A DNA stretch of 64,000 bases from Planctomycetota bacterium (GTDB taxonomy: Bacteria; Planctomycetota; UBA1135; UBA2386): the NCBI GenBank assembly GCA_947501605.1, contig CANMWZ010000002.1, forward strand, positions 64,001 through 128,000, given 5' to 3'. The notes under the pieces are model-generated. The model saw only the letters and a list, made by a program, of their open reading frames with translations. It did not search any database and was not told where the DNA came from. Positions 29,021 through 39,232 of the stretch are shown here, piece by piece. A program made the translations under genes and the position numbers. Every line of letters starts with the position of its first letter. Within the stretch, counting starts at the first letter, position 1.

Positions 29021-29980
29021 CTAGTCGCCGCCACCTGGAGGCGGCGCGTCCTTCGCCGCCGGCCCAGACTTGGACTTCTCCTCCGGCTCGATCCTCTCTT
29101 GCAGGCGCCGCTCCATGTCCTTCAGGTCGACCTCAGCAGCGGCGAACGCGCAGAACTCGACAAACGTTCGTTCGGGGAGGCGCTCACGCACCGCTTCCGG
29201 AAGAAGCTCGCGTACGAACGGCTGCAGCGAGCAGGCGAGGAAGGCCATGCCAAGTCGCGTAGCGTGTAGCCGGTCTTGCTGTAGGAGGCCCATGGGTTCG
29301 GTCTTCAGGATGTGGTCGCCGGATGGCAGGTCGACGCCCCTCTCCTTCATCTGGGCGACCGTCGAAGCCAGTGGGAACACTCGCACCCGCGGCCGCACCT
29401 TCGCCCATGCCGCGATTGCCTCGTTGAGCTTCGCCAGCGAAGTTGACTCCGGGATCTGCGCCGGGCGCAGCATGCGCCGATCAGCTCCCCCCATATCCGG
29501 GAGGTCCGAAATCAGGATGGAACCTGGGATGCGATCGAGCAGGTCGAGACCAACCTGAAGGCGCTGAAGCCGCGCCTCGGCGTCCTTCAGGTCCCTGACT
29601 TTCAGATCGCCATAGGCGAACCAAAACAAGAAGTCGACGGCCACGACCAGATGCGGATCCTGCCGCAAGGCGCGATCGATCTGCAGGCCACCGATCTTCT
29701 CCGCGTCGACGAACATGAAGGCATCGGCGCGACTGTGGATCTTGGCATCGATTTCTTCGAACCAGCCGCGCAAGACCGGCAGCAGCGGAACCGAGGAGTT
29801 CTCTGCGGCCCCTCCGGTCAGCGGGCCGTCGATGAAACCCGCGCTGACGCTGGCGCCGGCGATCTCGATCCGCAGCGTCTCCGGTTGAGCCTGGGCCCCC
29901 AACGGTCCAAAGGCTGGTGCCAGCGAAAAGACGACGACCTTCAGCAACAGGAACAGCAACGCGGGAATGCCTCTGCGCAT
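29021..29980 (-). CDS. Secreted SGNH/GDSL-like hydrolase
   Basis: Signal peptide, block I-like GASVSAG, C-terminal DRLH (DxxH). Confidence 0.6.
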   Translation of the reverse strand: MRRGIPALLFLLLKVVVFSLAPAFGPLGAQAQPETLRIEIAGASVSAGFIDGPLTGGAAENSSVPLLPVLRGWFEEIDAKIHSRADAFMFVDAEKIGGLQIDRALRQDPHLVVAVDFLFWFAYGDLKVRDLKDAEARLQRLQVGLDLLDRIPGSILISDLPDMGGADRRMLRPAQIPESTSLAKLNEAIAAWAKVRPRVRVFPLASTVAQMKERGVDLPSGDHILKTEPMGLLQQDRLHATRLGMAFLACSLQPFVRELLPEAVRERLPERTFVEFCAFAAAEVDLKDMERRLQERIEPEEKSKSGPAAKDAPPPGGGD

Positions 29981-29986
29981 GACCGC

Positions 29987-29996
29987 AATGTATCTT
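29987..29996. promoter_or_regulatory. Overlapping divergent -10 boxes: TATCTT (+) and TACATT (-)
   Basis: AATGTATCTT in a 26-bp divergent spacer; the minus hexamer is 6 nt from ATG 29980. Confidence 0.55.
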
Positions 29997-30006
29997 CCAC
30001 CGACGC

Positions 30007-30774
30007 ATGTTCCGCAACCGGACCGTTTCCTTGGTGGTGCCTGCCTACAACGAAGAGGCCACCATCGGCCAAGTCGTCGACGAATTCCTTGGCGAGCCAC
30101 ACATCGACGAGATCGTTGTCGTGGACAATAACTGCAAGGATGCCACGGCGGCGATCGCCGCCGCTCGCGGCGCCCGCGTCGTGGCGGAGACCAAGAAGGG
30201 CTACGGCGCCGCGCTCATGGGCGGGATGGCTGCAGCCAAAGGCGACATCCTTGTGCTCACCGAGGCCGACGGCAGCTTCCGCGCGCGCGATGTCGAGAAG
30301 CTCTTGGTCTACCTCGACGATGCCGGCATGGTCATGGGCACCCGCACGACCCGCCAGATGGTGCAGCAAGGCGCCAACATGCGGTCGTTTCTCCGCTGGG
30401 GCAACGTCGCCATGGCCAAGTTCCTGCAGCTCTGTTGGCTGCGGCCCTCCGAACCGCGGTTCACCGATGTCGGCTGCACGTTCCGGGCACTGTCACGAGA
30501 AACCTTCCAGAAGATTCGGCATCGGCTCCGGGAGCCTGGGCCCGCCTTCAGCCCAGAGATGATGTGCGCGGCCCTACAGGAACGCTGCCGTGTCATCGAG
30601 GTCCCAGTCACGTATGCCCCCCGCATGGGCGGTGAATCCAAGCACTCGGACACGTTCTCGCGCCAGGCTCGGACGGCCATGAAGATGTTCCGCACGATCT
30701 GTCGAAAACGTTTCTTGGAAGCCAGCACGCCAATCTCGAAGGCAGCATCGACCGGGCCATCCACATCGATCTAG
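30007..30774 (+). CDS. Glycosyltransferase family 2 (DPM synthase-like)
   Basis: VPAYNEE, VVDNN, KGYGAA, EADGS, RMGGESK. Confidence 0.9.
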   Translation: MFRNRTVSLVVPAYNEEATIGQVVDEFLGEPHIDEIVVVDNNCKDATAAIAAARGARVVAETKKGYGAALMGGMAAAKGDILVLTEADGSFRARDVEKLLVYLDDAGMVMGTRTTRQMVQQGANMRSFLRWGNVAMAKFLQLCWLRPSEPRFTDVGCTFRALSRETFQKIRHRLREPGPAFSPEMMCAALQERCRVIEVPVTYAPRMGGESKHSDTFSRQARTAMKMFRTICRKRFLEASTPISKAASTGPSTSI

Positions 30775-30828
30775 ACTCTGGGCCCTCGCCACTTGACCAC
30801 GCAGCAAGACCCTTCGACTCCACGCGCC

Positions 30829-32253
30829 ATGCAGAAGCACGTCGTCATTCTCGGTGGAGGCCTCGCCGGCCTATCCTGCGGCTATGAGCTGCAGAAGGCG
30901 GGACACCGCGTCACGGTGCTCGAGCGCGAGCCCTTCGTCGGCGGCATGGCCTCTTCGTTCGTCGAAGACGGCGATGAGTACTGGACCTACGACTTCGGTC
31001 CGCACCGCTTTCACAGCAAGGACGAGAATCTCATCGACCACGTGAACGAGATCCTCGGCGACAACGTGGTCACCGCGATCCGCCGGTCGCGCATCTTCCT
31101 GTTCGGCCAATTGATCGAGTACCCGCTGGTCGCCGGCGACGTCCTCATGAAGATGCCGAAGTGGATGATGATCAAGGCGATGCTGGACTACATCTGGGTC
31201 CGCATCCAAGACCGCGTCTTCCGCCGAAAATTCAACGACGACCGCGACTTCGAGAGCTGGGTGACACGCCGCTACGGGCGCACGCTGTACCGCGTTTTCT
31301 TCGGGGAGTACACCGAGAAGACCTGGGGCATCCCGCCGCGCACCATCTCCTCGACGTGGGCGAGTCAGCGCATCACCCTGCTGAACCTCTGGGACACCAT
31401 CAAGAAGACGCTGCGGCCACCGACGACCAAAGAAGGGCCGCGAACACTCGTGAAGGAGTTCATCTATCCGAAGTTCGGCGGCATCGGCGAACTTGCACGC
31501 GGCTACGCGAGGCGTATCGAGGAGATGGGAGGCACCGTGCTGACCAATGCGCCCGCCGTGCGCGTATTCCGCGAGGGCCTCAAGGTCACCGGTGTGGAGT
31601 ACGGCAAGCACCAACGCGAACTCATCCAGGGTGACATCTACGTCAATACGATCCCGGTGAACTCGCTGGTGAAGGCGCTATCGCCGGTGTCGCCGCCTGA
31701 GGCGATCCACGGCGCCACGGTGCTGAAGCACGTATCGATCGTGTTCGTGTATCTCAAGCTGAACCGGCCCACCGTCACGAATGACAGCTGGGTCTACCTT
31801 CCTGAGAAAAAACTGAAGGTGCATCGCATCTCGGAGTTCCGCAACTTCAGTCCTCACTGCGCGCCGAAGGGCAAGACGCTCGTGTGCTGCGAGATCACCT
31901 GCAAGCGTGGGGATGAAATCTGGCGGGCGTCGGTCGAAGAGCTGACGCGCATCGCTGAGGAAGACCTCGTCAAGGTCGGACTCATCGGCAAGGGCGAAGT
32001 CCTCGGCTCGGTCGTCAAGAAGATCCCATACGCCTACCCGCTCTACGAAGTCGGCTACGAAGCGCACCTCGAACCGATGATGGACTTCGTGCGCTCGCTG
32101 CAGAACCTGCACACGACTGGCCGCCAGGGCGCATACCGGTACAACAACATGGACCAGTCGGTCGAGATGGGTCGCCGCCTCGCGTGGCAACTCGCGACCG
32201 GCGGCAAGACAGGCTTCGGCGACGTCGCCACCGGTAAGGAGTACTTCGGCTGA
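30829..32253 (+). CDS. FAD-dependent oxidoreductase (UDP-galactopyranose mutase/HemY-like superfamily)
   Basis: GGGLAGL, DFGPHRF, YTEKTWG, FIYPKFGG, GRQGAYRYNNMD. Confidence 0.8.
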   Translation: MQKHVVILGGGLAGLSCGYELQKAGHRVTVLEREPFVGGMASSFVEDGDEYWTYDFGPHRFHSKDENLIDHVNEILGDNVVTAIRRSRIFLFGQLIEYPLVAGDVLMKMPKWMMIKAMLDYIWVRIQDRVFRRKFNDDRDFESWVTRRYGRTLYRVFFGEYTEKTWGIPPRTISSTWASQRITLLNLWDTIKKTLRPPTTKEGPRTLVKEFIYPKFGGIGELARGYARRIEEMGGTVLTNAPAVRVFREGLKVTGVEYGKHQRELIQGDIYVNTIPVNSLVKALSPVSPPEAIHGATVLKHVSIVFVYLKLNRPTVTNDSWVYLPEKKLKVHRISEFRNFSPHCAPKGKTLVCCEITCKRGDEIWRASVEELTRIAEEDLVKVGLIGKGEVLGSVVKKIPYAYPLYEVGYEAHLEPMMDFVRSLQNLHTTGRQGAYRYNNMDQSVEMGRRLAWQLATGGKTGFGDVATGKEYFG

Positions 32254-33182
32254 TGGTGGCGGCTCGATCCCCCGCTCCGCCTGCGCTGCCGGGGTCCATC
32301 GAGGTCCTTCACTGTCAGCTGTGCGGGAGCGACCAGAGGCGTACGAAACTCCTCGACGGCGCCTTCACCGTCCACGAGTGCGCCCAGTGCGAACTCGTCT
32401 ATGTCAGCCCCCGCCTGCACGGTGAGGCGCTCGCAAAGGTCTACGGCGAGGGCTACTGGAAAAGCGACAACCCCAAGTCGCGCGGCTATGCCAACTACGC
32501 CCGCGAGGCCTCGCTCTACCTCAAGACCTTTCAAAAGCGCATGGCTCTGGTGCGGGAGTGGGTAAAGCCATCAGGGCGGGTGCTCGACGTCGGCTGCGCC
32601 GCTGGCTACTTCCTGCAGGTCATGCGCGCGGCAGGCCATCCGGTGCTCGGCATCGAACCATCGGCGTCGATTGCCTCGCTCGCACGGCGCGAGCTCGGCG
32701 AAGCGACCGTGTTCGTCGGCAACCTCGAAGACGCCCCACCCTCACTGGGCTACACCAAGGGCTCGTTTGATCTCGTGAGCTTGTGGGATGTCATCGAGCA
32801 CATTCCGGACCCGCAAGCAGCCCTGCGCACCCTGCGCACGATGCTCGCCCCGGGCGGTCGCATCCTCCTCGAAACCCAGAACGTGGCGAGCCGATGGGCG
32901 CGATTGCTGGGCCGACGCTGGCACCACTACAAGCACGAGGAGCACCTCTACCACTTCAATCCGCGGACCATCGAGCGACTGCTGCGCGACTGCGGCTTCC
33001 GGGTGCTCCACTGCGGCGCGGGCTACGCCGGCAAGTACGTTTCGTTCGGCTTCATCGCCGAACGCGCCGGCCGCCTTGGCAGAGTAGCGGGACTCCTGGC
33101 GAGCCCATTGCGGCTGTTGGGTGCCTGCAATCTCTACGTCAATCCGCACGACGAGATCATCGTCGTCGCCGAGCCTGTGTAG
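32253..33182 (+). CDS. Class I SAM methyltransferase with N-terminal Zn ribbon
   Basis: CQLC..CAQC, VLDVGCAAG, WDVIEH, EHLYHF. Confidence 0.87.
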   Translation: MVAARSPAPPALPGSIEVLHCQLCGSDQRRTKLLDGAFTVHECAQCELVYVSPRLHGEALAKVYGEGYWKSDNPKSRGYANYAREASLYLKTFQKRMALVREWVKPSGRVLDVGCAAGYFLQVMRAAGHPVLGIEPSASIASLARRELGEATVFVGNLEDAPPSLGYTKGSFDLVSLWDVIEHIPDPQAALRTLRTMLAPGGRILLETQNVASRWARLLGRRWHHYKHEEHLYHFNPRTIERLLRDCGFRVLHCGAGYAGKYVSFGFIAERAGRLGRVAGLLASPLRLLGACNLYVNPHDEIIVVAEPV

Positions 33183-33193
33183 CCCACCGCGCC

Positions 33194-33946
33194 ATGGAAC
33201 GGGTTGCCTACGAACGCTTCGCCAAGCTCGAGAACACCCACTTCTGGTTCTTGAGCCGACGCGCGATCTTCTTCGATGTGCTCGACCGGGTGCTGACAGG
33301 CGCACGCAACCTGCGCGTGCTCGAGATCGGCTGCGGTGCCGGTGGCATGATGGGCCCGCTGCAGCGCTACGGCACCGTCCATGGCATGGACATCGATGTC
33401 GAGTATCTGCGCTACTGCAAGGAGCGCGGACTCCCGCGCGTGCTCGCCGGCTCGGGCCATGACCTGCCATTCACAGACCAGGGCTTCGACCTCGTCGCGC
33501 TATTCGACTGTCTGGAGCACATTCCGGACGAAGGACGAGCCCTCCGTGAGATCCACCGCGTCGTGCGTCCGGGCGGGCACGTGTTCTTCTCGGTGCCGGC
33601 CTACGAGTGGCTGTGGTCCAACAACGACGACATCGCCCATCATCAGCGCCGCTACACGAAGCGGCGGCTGAGAACCGCACTCCGTAGCGCTGGCTTCGAG
33701 GTGCTGCGCGCCAGCTACTTCAACGCGCTGCTGCTGCCGTTGATCATCCCATCCGTGCTCATCCAGAAACTGCGCGGCAAGCTCGGGCTCCTGCCCAAGG
33801 GCTACAACAACACCTCGGTGGCGATTCCCGGGCCCTTGAACTGGTTGTTCACCAAGCTCATGTCTGCCGAGCGGTTTGCGATCCGCAAATGTGACCTACC
33901 GTTTGGCCACAGCTTGATCGCGGTCGCTCGGCGGCCTGCCCGTTAG
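33194..33946 (+). CDS. Class I SAM methyltransferase
   Basis: LEIGCGAG, FDCLEHI, VPAYEWLWS..D...HHQRRY. Confidence 0.87.
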   Translation: MERVAYERFAKLENTHFWFLSRRAIFFDVLDRVLTGARNLRVLEIGCGAGGMMGPLQRYGTVHGMDIDVEYLRYCKERGLPRVLAGSGHDLPFTDQGFDLVALFDCLEHIPDEGRALREIHRVVRPGGHVFFSVPAYEWLWSNNDDIAHHQRRYTKRRLRTALRSAGFEVLRASYFNALLLPLIIPSVLIQKLRGKLGLLPKGYNNTSVAIPGPLNWLFTKLMSAERFAIRKCDLPFGHSLIAVARRPAR

Positions 33947-34041
33947 GCTCGAGACCGCCCCCCGGCTCGGAGCGCGACACCAAGGCTCTGCATCAGGCCG
34001 CGGGCAACTCATCCCGCATCGGGCCACGAGCAGTTCCTCGG

Positions 34042-36372
34042 TTACTTGTTTTGGCCGCTGGGCACATCGCCCTTCGGGGCATCGCCCTGGACGATCTGGC
34101 GACCTTCTGGCTCGCTATAGGAGTAGCGCGCCTTCAGCGCCTCCATCGAGAAGGACTGACTCAAAGCAGTCGACATCTCGATGAGCGGGAACAGCAGCTT
34201 CTTCTGCGAGTACTCCCGGCGAGTGAGGTCCTCGACCGCGAGCGGCTCGAGCTTGTCACAAACCGCAACTTGGTAGCGGCGGTCCGTCGTGTCTTCGACG
34301 ACGTCCGTGCTCTCGCCGACCTTCAACGTGTTCACGAGGCCACCCCAGAGGAACACCACGCTGCGCTCAAAACGCTTGTCGAAGAACGGGAGGTTGCGAA
34401 CGTCGCGACGGAAAGGCCCGACGCTCTGCATGGTGAAGCCGGCGACCTGTGCCGCAGCCTCCAACACCGTCGCGTAGTGCTCCTTCGCGAGCTTCTGATA
34501 GTCGGCGTCGATTTCGTTCTTTACGACCGACTGGAACTGCTCCTTCTGCTTGTCCTTGGCATCGAGCTGGGCTTTCACCATCGCCAGTTTGCGATCCCAT
34601 GCCGAGTGCGCCTGCGTGCCAGACTGCAACTTGCCGACTTGCTCGGTCGCAGCCACAAGGTCCGCCTGCAGCTTCTGTTCCCACTCGCCGTAGCGCTTGT
34701 CGACCTCGGTCTGGAGCTTCTTCTCGATCTCGAGAACTTTGTCTGGTGCCTTTTCCTTGCCCAAACGCAGCAGCTCGTCGGCAAGCAGCTTCTTCTTGTC
34801 ATCGCCGGTCGACTTGGCTTTCTCGCGGAAATACATGTCCTCGAGATGCACCTTGATCTCGTCCCATGCCTTCAACGGCCGCACCACGACTTCCGTCGCC
34901 TGCAGCAGGAATGCACCGCTCTGGGCACGTTCCGGCATGACTCCGAGGTCGCCGGCGGCGCGAAGTGAGGTCGCGCGCTCCGCGGTCTTCCACTCGCCGA
35001 GCTCGAGAGAGGCTAGGTCCTTCAGCTCTTTGGCGTTCTTCAAGCCGGGCAGCTCGCGCAGTTGGGCGCCAGCCTTGTCCTTGGTCAGCTCGGTCCACTT
35101 GGCGCGGAAATCGAAGCCCTTGCGCGCCTCGTCGAGCCGAGTCTCCGCCGCCTTCGCGACGTTCTCCATCTGGACGAAGAGGTTCTCAGCCTCACGCAGC
35201 TTGTTCTTCAGTTCCTCGTTGGCCTCGTCGGCAGCCAGCAGCTTCTTGGCTTCGTCCCTGGCCTGTTGCGCCTGGAACTTGTCCTGCAGGTTGCGCGACT
35301 GCTCCTCGACCAAGGGCTTCAGAATCTCCTGCTGGGCATCGCGAAGCTTGGTCAGCAGCTTGTTGAGGACCTCGTCGACCTTGAGGAGCTTCTCGAGCTG
35401 GGCCGCCACCTCAGCGTCGTCGACCGGCTTTGGCTTGCCCTTGTCGTCCTTGAAGCGATCGATCTCCTGCTTGTAGAGCATTTGGCGCTGCTCTTCGCCG
35501 ACCGTGAACCCAGTCAGTTCCTCGGTCCATTGCGCCGCGTCGAAGGCGTCAAAGCGCAGCACGCCTAGGAGCAGCGAGACGCGGTTCGTGTCGAACACCT
35601 CGAGGCGACTCTTCTCGTCGTCGGGCTTGCCTTCCATCCACTTGCGGATGTCGTCCTCGGAGACCACACCCTGCGCCTTCAACTCGGCTTCGAGGGCCTT
35701 CATGTCAAAGGTGGCGACGCGGCAGACGATCTTCTTCCGGTCCTCGCCGTCGAGAAGCTGGCGCAGTGCGGCAGCGTCCGAGGTGTCGATACCCATCGAA
35801 TGCAGCAACACGTAGTTGCCGATCCGCATCCCTTCCTTGACCAGCGCCCGATACTCGCTCAGGGAGCCAAAGCCTCGCTGCAAGGCCAGCTGAGTCGCGT
35901 TGTCATTGGCTTGCGAGCGCGAGTTGCTGACCCGCACCAGCCAGTCAATCGACTTGTCGACTTCGGTCATCGAAACTTCGAGACCACTGGTGATTGCCGC
36001 CCGCCGCAGGATGGCAAATCTGGTCGAAAGATCGTTCGCATCGCTGCCGACCACGAACTCCGGCAGCACGCCAGTCGGCAAGGTCCCGAGCTTGCGAGAC
36101 AACAGCCCACCGATCTCGCTGTCTTCGATCTGCAACTCGGTCTTGGCACCGTCGACGACAATCGTCGGCATTGGCCCACCGGGCCCATCGGTCACATCGT
36201 GCAGCCACTGCGTCATCGCCGTGCTGATCGAGAAGGTGACGAGGGCGAAGAGCCCCGCCGTGTAGAGGATCAGCTTCTGGTACTTGCGGAAGAACCCGAA
36301 GGCGCCCGCGAACTCGTCGTGGTGCTCGGTCTTCGGCGGCTCGACGGGCAGTTGTTCGCTAGTCATCGACAT
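34042..36372 (-). CDS. Large membrane-anchored coiled-coil protein, possibly a SurA-N/PpiD-like periplasmic chaperone
   Basis: FFRKYQK followed by a single TM near the N-terminus; long charged helical body. The family call is weak. Confidence 0.6.
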   Translation of the reverse strand: MSMTSEQLPVEPPKTEHHDEFAGAFGFFRKYQKLILYTAGLFALVTFSISTAMTQWLHDVTDGPGGPMPTIVVDGAKTELQIEDSEIGGLLSRKLGTLPTGVLPEFVVGSDANDLSTRFAILRRAAITSGLEVSMTEVDKSIDWLVRVSNSRSQANDNATQLALQRGFGSLSEYRALVKEGMRIGNYVLLHSMGIDTSDAAALRQLLDGEDRKKIVCRVATFDMKALEAELKAQGVVSEDDIRKWMEGKPDDEKSRLEVFDTNRVSLLLGVLRFDAFDAAQWTEELTGFTVGEEQRQMLYKQEIDRFKDDKGKPKPVDDAEVAAQLEKLLKVDEVLNKLLTKLRDAQQEILKPLVEEQSRNLQDKFQAQQARDEAKKLLAADEANEELKNKLREAENLFVQMENVAKAAETRLDEARKGFDFRAKWTELTKDKAGAQLRELPGLKNAKELKDLASLELGEWKTAERATSLRAAGDLGVMPERAQSGAFLLQATEVVVRPLKAWDEIKVHLEDMYFREKAKSTGDDKKKLLADELLRLGKEKAPDKVLEIEKKLQTEVDKRYGEWEQKLQADLVAATEQVGKLQSGTQAHSAWDRKLAMVKAQLDAKDKQKEQFQSVVKNEIDADYQKLAKEHYATVLEAAAQVAGFTMQSVGPFRRDVRNLPFFDKRFERSVVFLWGGLVNTLKVGESTDVVEDTTDRRYQVAVCDKLEPLAVEDLTRREYSQKKLLFPLIEMSTALSQSFSMEALKARYSYSEPEGRQIVQGDAPKGDVPSGQNK

Positions 36373-36397
36373 TGGATTGTGCGGTTCGATTCAAAGA

Positions 36398-36688
36398 CTA
36401 TCGCGGCGCGGATTCGCGCATCGCATCCGGCCCGGCGGCGTCGAGCGAGATCGCTTCCGATGTCAGCAGGATGGGGATCCCCTCCTCGATCGGATAGGCG
36501 ATGCGCGTACCTTCAGGCTGAAGTGCCGCTGCCAGCGGCCGTGTCACGGCTTGCCCGCCCTGGTTCTTCACGGCGCCCTTGGCAATGCGCTGATTGAGCA
36601 CCGCCAGTTCGGCGGCTGGCAGTTCGACGAGGCGCTGCCGTGTGGCTGGCGCGACGAGCAACTTTAGGAACTCGGGATCGAATGCCAT
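36398..36688 (-). CDS. Trm112/UPF0434-family protein
   Basis: MAFDPEFLKLLVAP...AYPIEEGIPILL..EAI. Confidence 0.8.
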   Translation of the reverse strand: MAFDPEFLKLLVAPATRQRLVELPAAELAVLNQRIAKGAVKNQGGQAVTRPLAAALQPEGTRIAYPIEEGIPILLTSEAISLDAAGPDAMRESAPR

Positions 36689-36700
36689 GGCTTTGGAGTG

Positions 36701-36773
<73 letters not shown>

Positions 36774-36964
36774 GCGCTGAGCGGAAGAGGCCCCACACGA
36801 ATGGGGCGAGCAGTGAAGCGGTAGGAACGCGCCGGCGCAAGTACTTGGGCGCGGGACCGCGAGTGGAAGCTGGCCGCAAGCCGTCTTTCGCTGCGGGCTC
36901 GGGACCGCACGGCAAACACCGCCCGCATCGGCGCGTGCGCGCCAGGTGGCGCGCCGTCGCCCAC

Positions 36965-37534
36965 TCATTCCTCGAGGATCTCTTTCTGCTTGCCCTTCAG
37001 AACATCGTCCATCTTCTGCTCGGCGCCCTTCATTTCCTGGTCGATCTTCTCGTGCAGGCCCTTGCACTGGTCTTCTGTCACCTTGCCGTCCTTCTTGCAC
37101 TGGTCCGCATGCTTGTTGGCCTCCCGGCGCTCGTTGCGCAGCGCGACGCGGTTCTGCTCCACCAAGTCCTTGACCTTCGCGGCGAGCTTTTGGCGCTGCT
37201 CCCCGGACAGCGGCGGCAACGTGAGGCGAAGCACCTTGCCGTCACCCTGTGGGTTCAGACCGAGGTCGGATTTCTGCAAGGCACGCTCGATCTCTTTGAG
37301 GATGCCCGGCGAGTTGTCGAACGGCCGGATCATCAGTTGCCGAGGTTCCGGCACCGAGATGTGGGCCATCTGCTGTAGCGGAGTCGGGGTGCCGTAGTAG
37401 TCGACCCTGACGGTATCGACGAGCGCCGGCGAAGCACGGCCGGTGCGGATGCCCGCCAACTGGTCCCTTACGTGCTTGACCGTCTTCTCGATCTTGGCCT
37501 TGAGGTCATTGAGGATTTGCGCAGTCGCGTCCAT
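36965..37534 (-). CDS. frr: Ribosome recycling factor
   Basis: IRTGRASP, VDYYG, LGLNPQ.DG, RNERR; AGGAG SD. Confidence 0.97.
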   Translation of the reverse strand: MDATAQILNDLKAKIEKTVKHVRDQLAGIRTGRASPALVDTVRVDYYGTPTPLQQMAHISVPEPRQLMIRPFDNSPGILKEIERALQKSDLGLNPQGDGKVLRLTLPPLSGEQRQKLAAKVKDLVEQNRVALRNERREANKHADQCKKDGKVTEDQCKGLHEKIDQEMKGAEQKMDDVLKGKQKEILEE

Positions 37535-37674
37535 GGTTCGGCTCCTGGGTGTTGCGCGATGCTAGCGCCGGAGGTGCGGGATAGGAACGGTTCCGAAGTC
37601 GCAAGCGGCCGCGCTGTGTGTCCGAGCCGTAGCCAGCGGGAAGAGCCTGCAGCGTGGGCGGCTCGGATCCCGGC

Positions 37675-38388
37675 TCAGATCACCCACGTGCCGATGTCCT
37701 CGCCGCGCACTGCGCGTTCGAGGTTGTCAGCCACGAACATGTCGAACACCATGATCGGCATGTCGTTCTCCATGCAAAGCGTGAACGCCGTGCGGTCCAT
37801 CACACGCAGGTCTTTCTGCAGTGCTTCGGCAAACGTCAATTGCCGGTACTTGGTCGCGGTCTTGTCCGTCTTCGGATCTGCCGTGTACACACCGTCCACC
37901 TTGGTCGCTTTGAAGATCGCGTCGACCCCCAACTCCGTGGCTCGCAGAGCCGCCGCCGTGTCGGTAGTGAAGTACGGGTTGCCGGTGCCGCCAGCCAAGA
38001 TGACTACACGCCCCTTCTCGAGGTGCCGAATCATCCGCCGACGGATGTAGGGCTCCATCAGCGTCTTCATCTCGATGGCCGAAGCTGCACGCGTTTCCAC
38101 GCCAGCGCGTTCGAGACCATCCTGCAGTGCCAGCGTATTGATGGCAGTGGCTAGCATGCCCATGTGGTCGGCAGTGGCGCGATTGGTTCCGCGCTTGCTG
38201 AACTCTGCGCCGCGCAGCAGATTGCCGCCACCGACGACGATCGCAATCTCGACCCCAAGGCGCTGCACTCGCGCAACGCGGTCGGCGATGGTCGCCACAA
38301 CATCGGGATCGACGCCTGCGCCGTTCTCACCAAGGCTCTCGCCGCTGAGTTTCAGCAGGATTCGCTGGATCTTGCTCGGTAGGGGCAC
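37675..38388 (-). CDS. pyrH: UMP kinase
   Basis: LLKLSGE, GGGN, ADHMGMLAT, GNPYFTTDTAA. Confidence 0.97.
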   Translation of the reverse strand: MPLPSKIQRILLKLSGESLGENGAGVDPDVVATIADRVARVQRLGVEIAIVVGGGNLLRGAEFSKRGTNRATADHMGMLATAINTLALQDGLERAGVETRAASAIEMKTLMEPYIRRRMIRHLEKGRVVILAGGTGNPYFTTDTAAALRATELGVDAIFKATKVDGVYTADPKTDKTATKYRQLTFAEALQKDLRVMDRTAFTLCMENDMPIMVFDMFVADNLERAVRGEDIGTWVI

Positions 38389-38406
38389 GCCGACCTCCGC
38401 TGGGAC

Positions 38407-39021
38407 TCAGCCGCCCAGAACCATGTAGTGGAATCGTCGAATCTGGATGTTCTCGCCGATCTTGCCAACGAGTTGTTGGCGAACCTGCTCGATCGTGCGC
38501 GTATCCGTTTGATCGACCGGGTTCACGTAGCCCATCTCGACGAGGCACTTCGACTGAAAGAACTTGTCCATGCGGCCTTCGATGGCCTTGTCGATGACCT
38601 GCTGCGGCTTGCCCTTCATCGTCTGCATGGTCTGCTCGAGCACCACGGCGCGTTCACGCTCTACCGCTGCAGCATCGACCGCTTCACGATTGAGAAAGGT
38701 CGGCGCGTAGGCCGCGGCGGCGAGGCAGCAGCCCTTGCCGAACATGTTGAAATCCTGGTTGAGAGCGACGAAGTCGGTCTCGCAGACGATCTCCAGCAGC
38801 ACAGCGACCTTGCCGTTGTGATGCACATAGCTGAACAGCTTGCCTTCCTTGACGTCGCGATCCGCAGCCTTCTCCGCACTGGCCTTGCCCTTCTTGCGCA
38901 GCCAGTCGACAGATTTTTCCATGTCGCCGCCGTTCTCGGTCAGCGCCTGCTTGCAGTCCATCATCGGCGCGCCGGTGGATTCGCGCAGCTTCATCACCAA
39001 CTTGGCATCGATCTTCGTCAT
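38407..39021 (-). CDS. tsf: Elongation factor Ts (short form, 204 aa)
   Basis: LRESTGAPMMDCKQAL, CETDFVA, KIGENIQIRRF. Confidence 0.96.
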   Translation of the reverse strand: MTKIDAKLVMKLRESTGAPMMDCKQALTENGGDMEKSVDWLRKKGKASAEKAADRDVKEGKLFSYVHHNGKVAVLLEIVCETDFVALNQDFNMFGKGCCLAAAAYAPTFLNREAVDAAAVERERAVVLEQTMQTMKGKPQQVIDKAIEGRMDKFFQSKCLVEMGYVNPVDQTDTRTIEQVRQQLVGKIGENIQIRRFHYMVLGG

Positions 39022-39232
39022 GGTTGCACTTCCGTTCGAAATCAGAGTCGCTCAGCCCGCGGACGCGTGCAGCGCACGTCGCTTCCGGTCACGCAGGCTC
39101 GGCCACTGCATCCCAGGGCCGCCGTTCTCTTCCCACCCAGGTGGATCTCCTGCGGGGCACCGCAGACGCGCGGCACCGCGCCCTGCGGCATGTCCGCTGG
39201 CACAACCGGAGTTGCACCAACGGTTCGTCGGC

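Noticed and set aside
36838..36885. Palindrome CAAGTACTTG, and the 13-mer GCCGCAAGCCGTC that recurs at 59185
   Set aside because: Too short and too few copies to distinguish from chance; no regulator can be assigned.
39022..39232. Structured ncRNA in the 211-bp rpsB-tsf spacer
   Set aside because: Only short complementary segments were found (for example GCGGAC/GTCCGC), as expected by chance at this GC content. An Infernal/Rfam search would be needed.
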